Assembly (NCBI GenBank): GCA_963740315.1
Contig: CAVUDP010000002.1
Location: forward strand, 416,001-480,000
DNA length: 64,000 nucleotides
Direction of reading: 5' to 3'
DNA from: an uncultured cyanobacterium
GTDB taxonomy: Bacteria > Cyanobacteriota > Cyanobacteriia > Cyanobacteriales > Nostocaceae
How positions within the stretch are numbered: position 1 is the stretch's first letter; every line of letters starts with the position of its first letter. The notes beneath the pieces are model-generated. The model was not told where the DNA came from. It saw nothing but the letters and a program-made list of their open reading frames with translations, and did not search any database. The position numbers and the translations under genes are program-made. Below, piece by piece: positions 1 through 10,326 of this stretch.

Positions 1-121
1 AATCCCAATGGTTAATTTTGTTTTGCGATCGCCAGACGAAAGTTTTGTCATTGCGAGGAGGCACGACGAAGCAATCCCAGTCGTTAAGTGCGATCGCGAG
101 CAGTTACGAAGAAGCAATCCC
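1..121. repeat. Tandem/partial copies of GTCATTGCGAG..CGAAGCAATCCC dispersed palindromic repeat
   Basis: GTCATTGCGAGGAGGCACGACGAAGCAATCCC at 47-78, GAAGCAATCCC again ending at 121; related copy at 41819-41846. Confidence 0.6.
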
Positions 122-126
122 AAAAT

Positions 127-184
127 CGCCCTCACCCGCTTATGGGTGGGGCTATCCAAACAAAGCCCACCGTAAGGTGGGCTA
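127..184. repeat. REP-like double-hairpin dispersed repeat
   Basis: CACCC..GGGTGGGGCTA..CAAAGCCCACC-GTA-AGGTGGGCTA; inverted relative at 13045-13099, diverged copy ~9908-9960. Confidence 0.65.
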
Positions 185-353
185 AATTAAGCGCATCTGT
201 ATAAAAAATGGTGTTGCTTCATTTAGTTGAAGTTTGTTATAGCGATCGCGCTAACAAAATAAAGTTGGAGTGATAGTTTTGCTGTGGTGCTGGGTATCCT
301 GAATACGGAAAGGGTTTTTTAACCTAAGTATTTACCACAGCAACTACTAAAAT

Positions 354-749
354 ATGGATGGTTCTAAGGAAGAATACGTAGTTAAACGTCGCGAGAAAGA
401 TGAAAAGCGGAAAAAATTAATTATTTTAATCTCGATGGTATCTTTTTTCGGCTCTACAGTTATGGCAGCAATTCCTGCTATACAAGAAATTTTTCAGCAA
501 GATAATGCGCCTCAAGCTGTATCTGTGGAATCAGCATTAAAGCAGCAGGAACAAGGTTATGAGTTGGTGTTGCAGCGGGAACCAAATAATCAAGTAGCGC
601 TAGATGGTTTGTTGCAAGTGCGGCTAGAGTTGGACGATATGGAGGGGGCAATTGAAGTTTTAGAAAAGTTGGTGAAGCTGAATCCTGAAAGGGAAGATTA
701 TAAGAAGGGTTTGGAGAATTTGAAGAAGGAATTGAAGAAGTCAAATTAA
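354..749 (+). CDS. Membrane-anchored tetratricopeptide repeat protein
   Basis: Basic N-terminus, hydrophobic segment, then TPR-like helices (YELVLQREPNNQVALDGL...GAIEVLEKLVKLNP). Confidence 0.75.
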   Translation: MDGSKEEYVVKRREKDEKRKKLIILISMVSFFGSTVMAAIPAIQEIFQQDNAPQAVSVESALKQQEQGYELVLQREPNNQVALDGLLQVRLELDDMEGAIEVLEKLVKLNPEREDYKKGLENLKKELKKSN

Positions 750-796
750 TAGAAATTATCTGCATAAAATATTTATTGAAATTACATAGGAATAAG

Positions 797-3478
797 ATGG
801 AAAATAATCAGGGTTTGCTCAAATTACATATCGGATGTGGGACAAAGATTAGAGAAGGATACTTAAATATTGATGAATATGTTAAAGCTCCGGGTATTTT
901 AAATGTAGATGTATTTAAACTTCCTATTGAAGATAATTTTGTTGATGAAATTTTTACAGAACATATGCTTGAACACCTTAGTAAATATGAGGTGCCCGAA
1001 GCATTAAGAGAGTGGGCAAGAGTTTTGAAAAAGAATGGTAAATTGATAATGAATTTACCTAATTTAGAATGGTGCTTGCAGCAATGGTTAGCTAAACCAG
1101 AAGAAGAACGTTGGAATTGGCAGTTAGATACTATTTTTGGTTTACAGACTCATCCAGGAGAGTATCATAAAACTGGTTTTACTAAATCTCGTTTGCGTGA
1201 ATTACTAAGAGATGCAGGTTTTAAAGAAATTACAATAGATGATTATTGGTCGCACGGACAAAGCTGTTTTTGGGTTGAAGCTAGTAAAAGTGACACGGAA
1301 GAAAATATTACATCTATCTTAAATCAATCGAATCCTACATCTAATCAAAAGGATGAATACAAAAGTACATTAATTAGTATAGTTGTGCCTTGGTGGGATC
1401 ATACAGAATTACTAAACAATTGGAATAATAATTTAACTTATTTAGGTAATTGCGAAATTATTTTCGTTGATAACGGCAGTCAACTACAAGGAAAATTAAA
1501 ATTAGAAGAATTTTGTAAACAGCACGAAATTCAACTGATTCGTAATCAAGAAAATAGGGGATTCTCTGCTGCAAATAATCAAGGATTGGAAGTCGCAACG
1601 GGTGAATATATTCTCTATCTAAATAATGACGTAGAAATTTTAAAATTCCCCGCAAAACTTTTTTGTAAACTTGCAGCAAACGGAATTTCCGGTCCGGGTT
1701 TCATAGAAAATGAACTTGGAGAAAATTATCTAGAAGGATGGGCGTTGTGCATTAAAAAGTCTACTTTGGAAACTCTGGGAGGATGGTGTGAAGGTTATGG
1801 ACCCGGATATTGGGATGATGTAGATTTATGCCTGAGAGCAAGATTAGCAGGATATTCTTTAACACCGATTCCCAATATTCAAACTTTCATGCGACATAAA
1901 CAAAATACTACAGGTCGCGACGGTCGCTTAGATCAAATAGCATTACACCTTCGTAACCGAGGTATTTTTCTTCAAAAGCATTATTCCATACATCCCAAGA
2001 TTATTATTGACGGCGTATTTTTCCAACTCTATCAAACCGGAATTGCTCGTGTTTGGAAATCGCTCTTAGAAGAATGGTCAAATAATGATTTTGCAAAGCA
2101 TATTATAGTTTTAGATAGAGCCAGTACTGCTCCAAAAATTCCCGGTATTAGATATCGTCAAATTCCCCAGTATGACTATAACGATACCGATACCGATCGC
2201 GAAATGCTTCAACAAATATGCGACGAAGAAGCAGCCGATTTATTTATTTCTTCTTACTACACAACACCCATAACAACGCCTTCTGTATTCATGGCACATG
2301 ACATGATTCCAGAACTTATGGGATGGGATTTGAATCATCCCATGTGGCGAGAAAAACATTATGGAATTCAACACGCTTCGGCTTATATTGCTGTTTCTGA
2401 AAATACAGCGCAAGATTTAATTAAGTGTTTTCCCGATATTAATTCAGATGCTGTTACCGTAGCTCCATTAGGGGTTCAAAGTACTTTCAATCCAGCGCAA
2501 TCAGAAGAGATTAATGCTTTTAAAACCAACTATGGAATTACAAAACCTTATTTTCTTTTAGTTGGTTCTTCTACTGGCTATAAGAATAGTACTTTATTCT
2601 TTGAAGCTTTTGTTAAACTCGCTACTCGCAATGGATTTGATATTATTTGTACCGGAAGCGGTGGTGTTTTAGCACCCGAATGGAGAACCTATACTTCTGG
2701 TAGTACGGTACATATGTTGCAACTTAGCGACTCTGAGTTAGCAATAGCTTATAGTGGTGCGATCGCACTGGTTTACCCCTCGAAATATGAAGGTTTTGGT
2801 TTACCTATACTCGAATCAATGGCTTGTGGTTGTCCGGTAATTACCTGTGCAAATGCTTCTATTCCCGAAGTTGCGGGGGAAGCTGCTATTTATATTAATG
2901 ATAACGATGCCGAAGGATTAGCAAATGCTCTTTGTGAAGTGCAAAAACCGGGTATTCGCCAATTATTAATTAACAGAGGAATTGAACAAGCGAAGAAATT
3001 TACTTGGTCATCAATGGCAAAAACTGTTAGTGAAGTGTTAATTGACACTACAATTCAAACTTTAAATCTAAGAGAAATTAATTTAATTATTTTCCCAGAT
3101 TGGACGCAATCAGAAGAAATTCTTGCAGCAGAATTGGAAAAAGTTATTGGTACTTTAGCAACTCATGCCGATAGTCAATACATGACTTTATTAATTGATG
3201 TCAGTAACAATGTTGATGATTATGCTGAAATGCTTTTATCTGCTGTAAGTATGAATTTATTGATGCAAGATTTAGATATTAGCGAAGGATTAGAAATTTC
3301 TTTGGTGTCGCAGTTGGGTGATATGCAGTGGGAAGCTTTGTTACCACGACTTAAAGCGAAGATAAGTTTAGAATTTGAAAATCAACAAGTTTTCTCGCTA
3401 GCAAAAATTGAAACTCTTGCAAGTTGTGAAGTCGAAAAACTTGATGATGTAATTCCAAACAGTTTTTTTTTGAGTTAG
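797..3478 (+). CDS. Multidomain SAM methyltransferase + GT2 + GT4 glycosyltransferase; probably the 5' part of a longer frameshifted gene
   Basis: LHIGCG..NID (class I MTase), ISIVVP..FVDNGS..YLNND (GT2), [23 protein letters not shown] (GT4); ATG at 797; ends just after the T9 run at 3463-3471. Confidence 0.85.
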   Translation: MENNQGLLKLHIGCGTKIREGYLNIDEYVKAPGILNVDVFKLPIEDNFVDEIFTEHMLEHLSKYEVPEALREWARVLKKNGKLIMNLPNLEWCLQQWLAKPEEERWNWQLDTIFGLQTHPGEYHKTGFTKSRLRELLRDAGFKEITIDDYWSHGQSCFWVEASKSDTEENITSILNQSNPTSNQKDEYKSTLISIVVPWWDHTELLNNWNNNLTYLGNCEIIFVDNGSQLQGKLKLEEFCKQHEIQLIRNQENRGFSAANNQGLEVATGEYILYLNNDVEILKFPAKLFCKLAANGISGPGFIENELGENYLEGWALCIKKSTLETLGGWCEGYGPGYWDDVDLCLRARLAGYSLTPIPNIQTFMRHKQNTTGRDGRLDQIALHLRNRGIFLQKHYSIHPKIIIDGVFFQLYQTGIARVWKSLLEEWSNNDFAKHIIVLDRASTAPKIPGIRYRQIPQYDYNDTDTDREMLQQICDEEAADLFISSYYTTPITTPSVFMAHDMIPELMGWDLNHPMWREKHYGIQHASAYIAVSENTAQDLIKCFPDINSDAVTVAPLGVQSTFNPAQSEEINAFKTNYGITKPYFLLVGSSTGYKNSTLFFEAFVKLATRNGFDIICTGSGGVLAPEWRTYTSGSTVHMLQLSDSELAIAYSGAIALVYPSKYEGFGLPILESMACGCPVITCANASIPEVAGEAAIYINDNDAEGLANALCEVQKPGIRQLLINRGIEQAKKFTWSSMAKTVSEVLIDTTIQTLNLREINLIIFPDWTQSEEILAAELEKVIGTLATHADSQYMTLLIDVSNNVDDYAEMLLSAVSMNLLMQDLDISEGLEISLVSQLGDMQWEALLPRLKAKISLEFENQQVFSLAKIETLASCEVEKLDDVIPNSFFLS

Positions 3479-5136
3479 CCTCAAAGTTATTTCAACAACG
3501 TAGGTGGGAAGAAGCAATAGCGCAATATAAAAAGCTAATAGCTATCCCACCAGCAGAACCAGAAATTTATTATCAAGTAAGCGAATGCTATCACAAATTA
3601 AACCTACGGGATGAAGCTTTTAATGTTTTACAAGAAGGTATTAAACATCATCCAAAAGATGGGAATTTGCATTTTACATTAATTATTGGTTTGCGACGCA
3701 GCGGAAGAACTCAAGAAGCTATTCATTGTGCTGAAATCGCTGCAAATTCACTACCTGATGATTATACTTTTAAATTACTCAAGCATTTAACGGTTCCAAC
3801 AATTTACGATAATAAAGAGGAAATCAGTTTTTATCGTCAGCGATATACCCAAAGACTTCAAACTTTAATCAAAGAGACATCTTTACAGACAGAAGCAGAG
3901 AAAAAGAATGCTTTAGCGGGAATAAGTCGGCTTACGAATTTTTACTTATCCTATCAGGCTCAAAACGATATAGATTTGCAGCGCCAATACGGAAAGTTAG
4001 TTCATGAAATTATGACTGCTAACTATCCTCAATGGGTTAAACCTTTATCAATAGCGAACCGATCAAAAAATAACGGTAAAATCCGTATTGGCTACGTTTC
4101 TAATTATCTAAATTGCTATAGCGGTACCTTGTGGTTAACTGGTTGGTTGCGTCAGCATAACCACGATAATTTTGAAATCTACTGTTATTACACGGGAAAT
4201 GAACCCGATGCAATTACTCAAGAATTTCAGAAATATAGCGATGTTTTCTACCATATTCCCCATAATTTAGAAGTAGCTTGTCAACAGATAATTAACGATC
4301 GATTGCATATTCTCGTGTATCCTGAAATTGGCATGAATGCACCGACAATGCAAATGGCGGGTTTACGTTTAGCACCAGTACAATGCACCGCTTGGGGACA
4401 TCCTGTAACAACTGGTTTACCAACAATTGACTACTTTTTATCTAGCGAATTCATGGAAGCGGAAAAGGCACAAGAGCATTATTCGGAGAAATTGATTCGC
4501 TTACCTAATATTGGTGTTTCTTATCCCAAACCATATATTCCTCCTATTAGTAAAACTCGTTCGGATTATCAACTACCAGAAGATGCAGTTATTTATTTAT
4601 GCTGTCAGGCACCTTTTAAATACCTGCCGCAATATGATTTTATTTTCCCAGAAATTGCTCAACAAGTACCCAAAGCTAAATTCTTATTTTTACGCGGTGG
4701 TTTGTTGAAAAAGCGTCTAAAACGTGCATTTGATGCAGTTAATCTTGATTATCAAGACTATTGCTTATTTATTAACATTCCCGAAAGATTTGATTATTTA
4801 ACGATTAACTTACTTTCAGATGTATATCTAGACACCTTTACTTGGAGTGGGGGAAACACTAGTTTAGAAGCAATAGCCTGCAATCTTCCCATCGTAACTT
4901 GTACGGGGGAATTCATGCGCGGTCGTCATACTGATAGTTTCTTGAAAATGCTGGGAGTTACAGATACTATTGCAGCGAATGAAGCGGAATATATAGAAAT
5001 AGCCGTTAAATTAGGAACCCAAATCAATTGGCGCAATCAGATTTCACAACGAATGAGCGAAAATTGCGATCGCCTTTACGATGATAAAACTTGCGTAGTA
5101 GGTTTAGAAGAGTTTTACAAGCAGGTTGTTCAATAA
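3472..5136 (+). CDS. TPR + SPINDLY/OGT-like (GT41) glycosyltransferase; probably the 3' part of the 797 gene
   Basis: Frame is open from 3472 ([22 protein letters not shown]..., TPR-like) with no ATG before the TTG at 3667; motifs KIRIGYVS, RLAPVQCTAWGHPVTTG, DVYLDTFTWSGGNTSLEA. Confidence 0.85.
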   Translation, partial: ELASKLFQQRRWEEAIAQYKKLIAIPPAEPEIYYQVSECYHKLNLRDEAFNVLQEGIKHHPKDGNLHFTLIIGLRRSGRTQEAIHCAEIAANSLPDDYTFKLLKHLTVPTIYDNKEEISFYRQRYTQRLQTLIKETSLQTEAEKKNALAGISRLTNFYLSYQAQNDIDLQRQYGKLVHEIMTANYPQWVKPLSIANRSKNNGKIRIGYVSNYLNCYSGTLWLTGWLRQHNHDNFEIYCYYTGNEPDAITQEFQKYSDVFYHIPHNLEVACQQIINDRLHILVYPEIGMNAPTMQMAGLRLAPVQCTAWGHPVTTGLPTIDYFLSSEFMEAEKAQEHYSEKLIRLPNIGVSYPKPYIPPISKTRSDYQLPEDAVIYLCCQAPFKYLPQYDFIFPEIAQQVPKAKFLFLRGGLLKKRLKRAFDAVNLDYQDYCLFINIPERFDYLTINLLSDVYLDTFTWSGGNTSLEAIACNLPIVTCTGEFMRGRHTDSFLKMLGVTDTIAANEAEYIEIAVKLGTQINWRNQISQRMSENCDRLYDDKTCVVGLEEFYKQVVQ

Positions 5137-5148
5137 GACATAATATGT

Positions 5149-5181
5149 AGAAACCCGAATTTTTTAAAAATTCGGGTTTCT
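5149..5181. terminator. Inverted repeat (AGAAACCCGAATTTTT/AAAAATTCGGGTTTCT), probable terminator or REP-like hairpin
   Basis: 16-bp stem 12 nt after the GT41 stop; related AAACC(C)GG(G)TTT hairpins near 5947-5972 and 58360-58426. Confidence 0.6.
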
Positions 5182-5274
5182 TATGTTACTACTTAGCGTT
5201 AGCAATACTCTTATTCAATGCTAATCTAAAAAATAAAGAATATAAAATTGTTTAATAACTCATAAATCAAAGTG

Positions 5275-5490
5275 ATGAATATTGAAGCAGCCATTATTCA
5301 GAATCTACGAGTCTTACCCGAAGATAAACAACAGGAAGTTTTAGACTTTATAGAATTTCTTAAAGCTAAAAATTTGCTAAACCCTTCTTCTTTTACAATT
5401 AAAGGAATGTGTGCAGATCTGGACGTTCATATTACAGAAGAAGATATTACCCAAGCACGGCGTGAAATGTGGGGAAACTTTCCCGCATAG
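5275..5490 (+). CDS. DUF2281-like small protein (putative antitoxin)
   Basis: LPEDKQQEVLDFIEFL and GMCADL..ITEEDITQARREMWGNFP, typical of this antitoxin-like family. Confidence 0.65.
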   Translation: MNIEAAIIQNLRVLPEDKQQEVLDFIEFLKAKNLLNPSSFTIKGMCADLDVHITEEDITQARREMWGNFPA

Positions 5491-5524
5491 GATATTTAAT
5501 TACTATAGAGCAGGTTGATTATCC

Positions 5525-5701
5525 ATGACAAAACCTAATTTTGAAGCGATGTCAAATCGAGAACTGCGTCACTACATTTTAGAAAATCGGGATGAAGACG
5601 TTGTTCATGAAATGGTGTTAAGAATCCGGAAAAACGGTAAAACCGGAACGGTAGATGAATTTATTGAATATGTGAAACAAAAAGTAACACAGAATCAATA
5701 G
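5525..5701 (+). CDS. 58-aa cyanobacterial protein, DUF6887-like (not in ORF track)
   Basis: Manual translation MTKPNFEAMSNRELRHYILENRDEDVVHEMVLRIRKNGKTGTVDEFIEYVKQKVTQNQ*. Confidence 0.6.
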   Translation: MTKPNFEAMSNRELRHYILENRDEDVVHEMVLRIRKNGKTGTVDEFIEYVKQKVTQNQ

Positions 5702-5757
5702 TAAGCAAAAATAGTATTTTAGCCCGCAGGTTGTATCCAATTAAAAATTCTTTGTAA

Positions 5758-5902
5758 CTGACATCTTGCACCAGTCGCGATAACCGCCTTGGAATAAATT
5801 CCCAGGCTTATAAGCAAAGTCTGATAAATCAGACTGGGCAAGGCTTTTAGTACGTTTTAACGTACTTTGTATATCAGCCTTGAAATTGATTTCAAGGCGG
5901 GT
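5758..5902. mobile_element. MITE-like multi-hairpin element
   Basis: Left end ACATCTTGCACCAGT (5761-5775) identical to 58341-58355; internal hairpins AGTCTGAT/ATCAGACT, AGTACGTT/AACGTACT, GCCTTGAAAT/ATTTCAAGGC. Confidence 0.55.
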
Positions 5903-5979
5903 TTGGGGGCTTGTTGACACTGCTGAATGTGTTTCTTAGAAGTAATAAACCCAGTTTTTCAACCGGGTTTCTTAATTTA

Positions 5980-8185
5980 CTACTTAGCGCTAATATAATT
6001 CGCCCACATTTGTTCGTAAGCTTTCTCCATTTCGCGGGTAAACTGCTTACCATTCCAAAGCGGTGCAGTTTGACGAGATTGTCGTAGCTTCCAAGCAACT
6101 TCTTGTCTTAATTTGGTATCTTTACCCAAACGAATTCCCCATTCGATATATTCTTCATCCGTCCAAGCAATGCCTTCAGTTATACCCGCATTCATCATCA
6201 TCGTGTAGCTATTACGTGCGGCAAATTGTTCGCCAACTCTTGTTACTAATGGAATTCCCATCCATAAAGTTTCTAAAGTTGTAGTAGCTCCGTTATAAGG
6301 ATAAGTATCAAGTACTACATCAGCAATTCCTAAGATTAGCACGATGTATTGCTTCTAAAGCTACTTTGGTAGAAATCGCAGTCGCGAACAATCTACGCTT
6401 TCTTCTTCAGCAATTTCATGTAAAAGAAATTTTTAATAGCTTCTTCGTCTGGCTCACCTTTAATTAAAAAGTAGCTATTGGGAACATCTTTCAAGTATCT
6501 TCATTTGCCATCTGTGGTGTCGGGATGGCGTTTGCGACCTCTTTGTGCGCTAAGATAAACTATGCATTGTTAGGAATATCTAGATCATCTCGTCGTAGAG
6601 TTGGTATCCCAACTTCAAAACCATCAACAGCAATATAAGTTTGAGGTAAACTCCAGATTTTCTCTGTGTAATAGTATCTTGATCGGATTCTGGTAGAACA
6701 TAAGGATCGGCAATGAAATAATCAATAGCAGGAATTCCCGATGCATCCCAACCCAACCAGGTAACTTGAACTGGTGCTGGTTTAAGCGCAACAACTTGCG
6801 ACAGCAATATCTAAAGTAAGCTATCTAAATCAATTAAAATATCTATTTCATCTTGATATATTTTTTCGGCAATTTCTAAACTATTCCATGCCTAATTTAC
6901 GGATGAGTTTAAATTGTCTACATACCATTCTTGAAGAAAATCATCTGCAAGTTCGTAACTTAACCAAATAACCATAAATTTCAAACTTTTCACGATTATG
7001 ATGTTGAAACAACCAACGTGCCAGCCAACCTACTGAATGTCGTCTAAAGCAAAAGATAAATATCCAATCTTTAAAGGTTTTGTGGAACTTTCTAAACTTT
7101 TATTAGTAATCTTGCGCTGTGAGTAATGTCTACTTTATCTTTAGCAAGATCTTGAATATTATTTTGAACATAATGGCTATCTGATTGTGGATTTTGCTAA
7201 AATACTGTGGACAATCTTGATATGGGGAATAGCAAAAGATGGAGTCAGTAATACGAAGAGTCTTCAATTCATCTAGAAATGGTTGTGTTTCGATTAATTT
7301 CGAATATAAACATTCTAATTGTTCGCACGTTGAATTTACTTCTTCCCAGTATCCACCAGCATTCATTAATCCACGTAACAACAAATGAATGCAATAAATT
7401 TTATCTGCTAATGTGTTAATAGCGAAAAGCATAATTTAGCTGTTTCTATTCCTTGAGTATAATTTTCTGAATTTTGATAAAAAACGGCTAAATGTCTTAA
7501 TGCTTCTAAATTTTTAGTATTTAAGCGTAAACATAATTTTAAATATTTAGTTGCTTGTGCTTGTTCTTGAGAGTAGGCTAAATTCATTGCAGCAGGTAAT
7601 AGGACAGCAAAATATTTATAGGAATGTTGTAGATAAGGTGAACAAGATTCTGCAAATTCTAATGATGACTCGTGGATTGAATCGTAGTCTAAAATTTGCT
7701 GTAACATTTGCATTAATAGATTAATATCTATTGCTTCTAATTTCTGTGAATTCAGAAGCTCAATTATTCCCCAATCAGCTATGTCGTCTCCAGTAAATGT
7801 TTCTAGCTTAATCGCAATGTAAATTAGACGTAATAAATTATTAATGTCCGCTGGCTTAATTTCCCGTATATGCTGTCGCATTAAATAAACGGTGGAATAA
7901 TCTACCTGTGCTAAACGTCTTTGTGCTTCCTCTTCCAACACCTTTGTTAATTCATTGCACCAAACTCAACTTTCTCCTCTTCTCCTTCTATCACACCAAA
8001 GCCCAAGTTGTTTGTGCTTCTACTTCTTTTCCCTGTAGCAGCAATATTAACCCTAAATACCAGTAGTGGGATTTAATGTCTGGTTCTTCTGCAATTGCTT
8101 GCTCATAAAGAACTAGCTTGGGCGTAATCACCTTGGACAAAATATTCATATGCTTTATGTAGCGATTTTCTGTATCAACAATCAT
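5980..8185 (-). pseudogene. ogtA: ogtA-like TPR/SPINDLY-family (GT41) O-glycosyltransferase, broken by many frameshifts (possibly assembly errors)
   Basis: Colinear fragments YWYLGLILLLQGKEVEAQTTW, KPAPVQVTWLGWDASGIPAIDYFIAD, ADVVLDTYPYNGATTTLETLWMGIPLVTRVG; directly downstream of pilA as in Nostoc punctiforme. Confidence 0.8.
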
Positions 8186-8385
8186 GTTATTTATTTTAAA
8201 TAATGCCGACTTACTTATATTGCCTACTATTTGTTAACAAAAAGATAGACATTGTGCAATATATTCCAGTAAGTAAATAAAGTGAGTAGAATATTCTACC
8301 CACTTTGTAAATACTTAACTTAATTCAAATCGACCTTTGTACTCAAACACTTTTTTCTAAGTCGTTTGAATAACTGGTGTAAATT

Positions 8386-8949
8386 TTATTGTTTATTGAT
8401 ACTTTCTTGTAGTCCGTGGTACCAGTGCCAGGACAAGTAGGAGGGGCAGAAGTACCGTAACCTATTGTCCAGTACCATCGCAGCACCAGTAATTCCTCTC
8501 GCATGTAGCTTCACACAAGGTTGCGAGAGTAATTGCTTCATTGTCGCTGCAATTGTTCCTAATGCAACACCACCGACATATGATTTTATGGCATCTCTTA
8601 TTTGCTGTGCTTTATTTGTAACACCACCACTACCTTTGCTCAAATTTCATACTTATAATTTTCAGTTTCTGTCGCAACCCCAAGTCCTAAATTCCGAAAT
8701 TACCAGAACCTGTAAAATCACCATTTTCCCTAAGTAAGGCTTGCTGCGCTCGGTTCATTGAACCAACATAACGTTTTAGCTTCTGACTGTTTGCTTTATT
8801 GCTTGGTTCAAGAAGGAAGGCAAAGCAATAGCCGACAAAATACCAATAATAATAATTACAACCAACAATTCAATTAAGGTAAAACCTTCGTTTTCTTTCT
8901 TCTTGCGGAGAATGTTTTGTAAAAACTTTGCTTTAAGTTCGGTTTTCAT
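8386..8949 (-). pseudogene. pilA: Major type IV pilin PilA, frameshifted
   Basis: Manual translation from ATG 8949: MKTELKAKFLQNILRKKKENEG/FTLIELLVVIIIIGILSAIALPSFLNQA (prepilin cleavage motif); SEAKTYVGSMNRAQQA, LGLGVATETENYKY, KSYVGGV, LCEA..TCP follow in shifted frames. Confidence 0.9.
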
Positions 8950-8994
8950 TAGTGTTTCCTTTAAGTGGGGATGGGTTATTGAGTTCTAGGTGTA

Positions 8995-9002
8995 ACTTAC
9001 CC
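8995..9002 (-). promoter_or_regulatory. SigF-type promoter element GGGTAAGT upstream of pilA
   Basis: ACTTACCC on + strand, 45 nt upstream of the pilA ATG; resembles the GGGTAAG element of SigF-dependent pilA1 promoters. Confidence 0.65.
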
Positions 9003-9437
9003 ACTTCGACTCAGAGAATTAACATTTTGGAAAAAAGTTTTTTTGGAAATTGGGAAATACTTATTATTTATCTTCTGTATGGCAGGTTTGATAAGGGTTT
9101 TAACAGATACAGGGAGGGGGTATTGTGTACATCTTGCTTAAGAAAGTCAAAGCCGAAAAGAATAACTGGTTTAAGCGAGGTTGGTTGAACAGGTGGCAAA
9201 CCCAACACCAGGCGAAATGTAGGATTTACGTTGCGCTTAACTGGCAACCTTAAAATCCTATGCTAGGATTTGGGAAGCCTTTAGAAAACCAGACTCGCTT
9301 CCTAAAATGGAATCATTAGAAATTCAAACCGCATCATGGCTCATCGTAAAATTTTCCAATGCGTTATACGTAGGTATGGTTGAACGGAGTGAAACCAACA
9401 AACAGTGTGAGATGTTGGAATTCGTTCATCAACCCCA

Positions 9438-9888
9438 CTGGCTCTTTAACTTTGACGCGAGATGACTTAGAACGAGGTGGAGAGCCAGATAGCAGCTACT
9501 ACATACAAAAAAGACCTCTTCAGAACCTCTCTCCTGAAGGAAAAAGGCTTTATTACCCCCATTCCCTCGTAGGGAAGGGGTAGGTTTCTGAGATTCACAC
9601 GTAAAACACAATGCTTTCCCGCGTATCCTCTAAAGGTGGAATATACCAAACCGAAAGTAGACAAGTTTAAAATTTACGCTGCAATTGGCATTCCCGAATT
9701 TTGGCGTTTTAATGGCAGCGTTTTACGAATTTACATACTAAATGATGGGCAATATATAGAAGTCGAACAAAGCCCTACTTTTGCTCAGGTATCTGTAAAG
9801 GAAATTCCTCGGTTTATTCAAGAATCGAATCAACGGGGAAATGGCGACAACCCGCGCTTTTCGGGCTTGGGTGAGAGAGCAGGTTTGA
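9438..9888 (+). pseudogene. Uma2-family endonuclease remnant interrupted by a repeat element
   Basis: GSLTLTRDDLERGGEPDSSYYIQ, then foreign DNA ~9510-9629, then VEYTKPKVDKFKIYAAIGIPEFWRFNG, with frameshifted tail GEMATTRAFRAWVREQV*. Confidence 0.75.
9512..9587. repeat. Dispersed CCTCTCTCC..CCCC(A/T)TTCCCTCGTAG(G/A)GAAGGGG element
   Basis: Homologous to the reverse complement of 41641-41730. Confidence 0.65.
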
Positions 9889-9990
9889 GAAGTCGAATTT
9901 TATTTACCTGGCGCTTGTAACCGCTGCTACACAAACAAAACCCTCCGTAAGGCGGGTTATAAATCACTGTTTATTTTTCAGACATTTTGC

Positions 9991-10103
9991 CTCGTTCCCA
10001 GCCTCGAGGCTAGGAATGCATTTCTGTGGCTCTGCCTCTAGGGGATTGACGGGAGGCAGAGCCTCGCGATATGGGTTCCCAGCCAGAGTCTGGGAACTAG
10101 TCA
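9991..10103 (+). mobile_element. ~110-bp MITE-like repeat, copy 1
   Basis: CTCGTTCCCAGCCTC..GGCTCTGCCTC..GAGGCAGAGCC..GGTTCCCAG..CTGGGAACTAG; direct-orientation copy at 11160-11437. Confidence 0.7.
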
Positions 10104-10326
10104 AACCAGTTATTGCTGTTTATCCCAGTTGTTAGATATTTGCCTTGGTTACAAAAGTAATCCAAATCGTGGCGATCGCTATCTATAAACGACGATTTAA
10201 TATTGTTCTAAATACCTTGATTAAACTTAAAATTATATTTTTGTTAACCACTAAATACATAATTACTAAATAATATATAAACTATTATATACTATTTATA
10301 TTAACATTTAAACCAGCAAAAAGTGC

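Noticed and set aside
8465..8737. Plus-strand 90-aa ORF
   Set aside because: Antisense shadow of frameshifted pilA
8952..9188. 78-aa ORF upstream of pilA
   Set aside because: Overlaps the pilA promoter region, no recognisable motif
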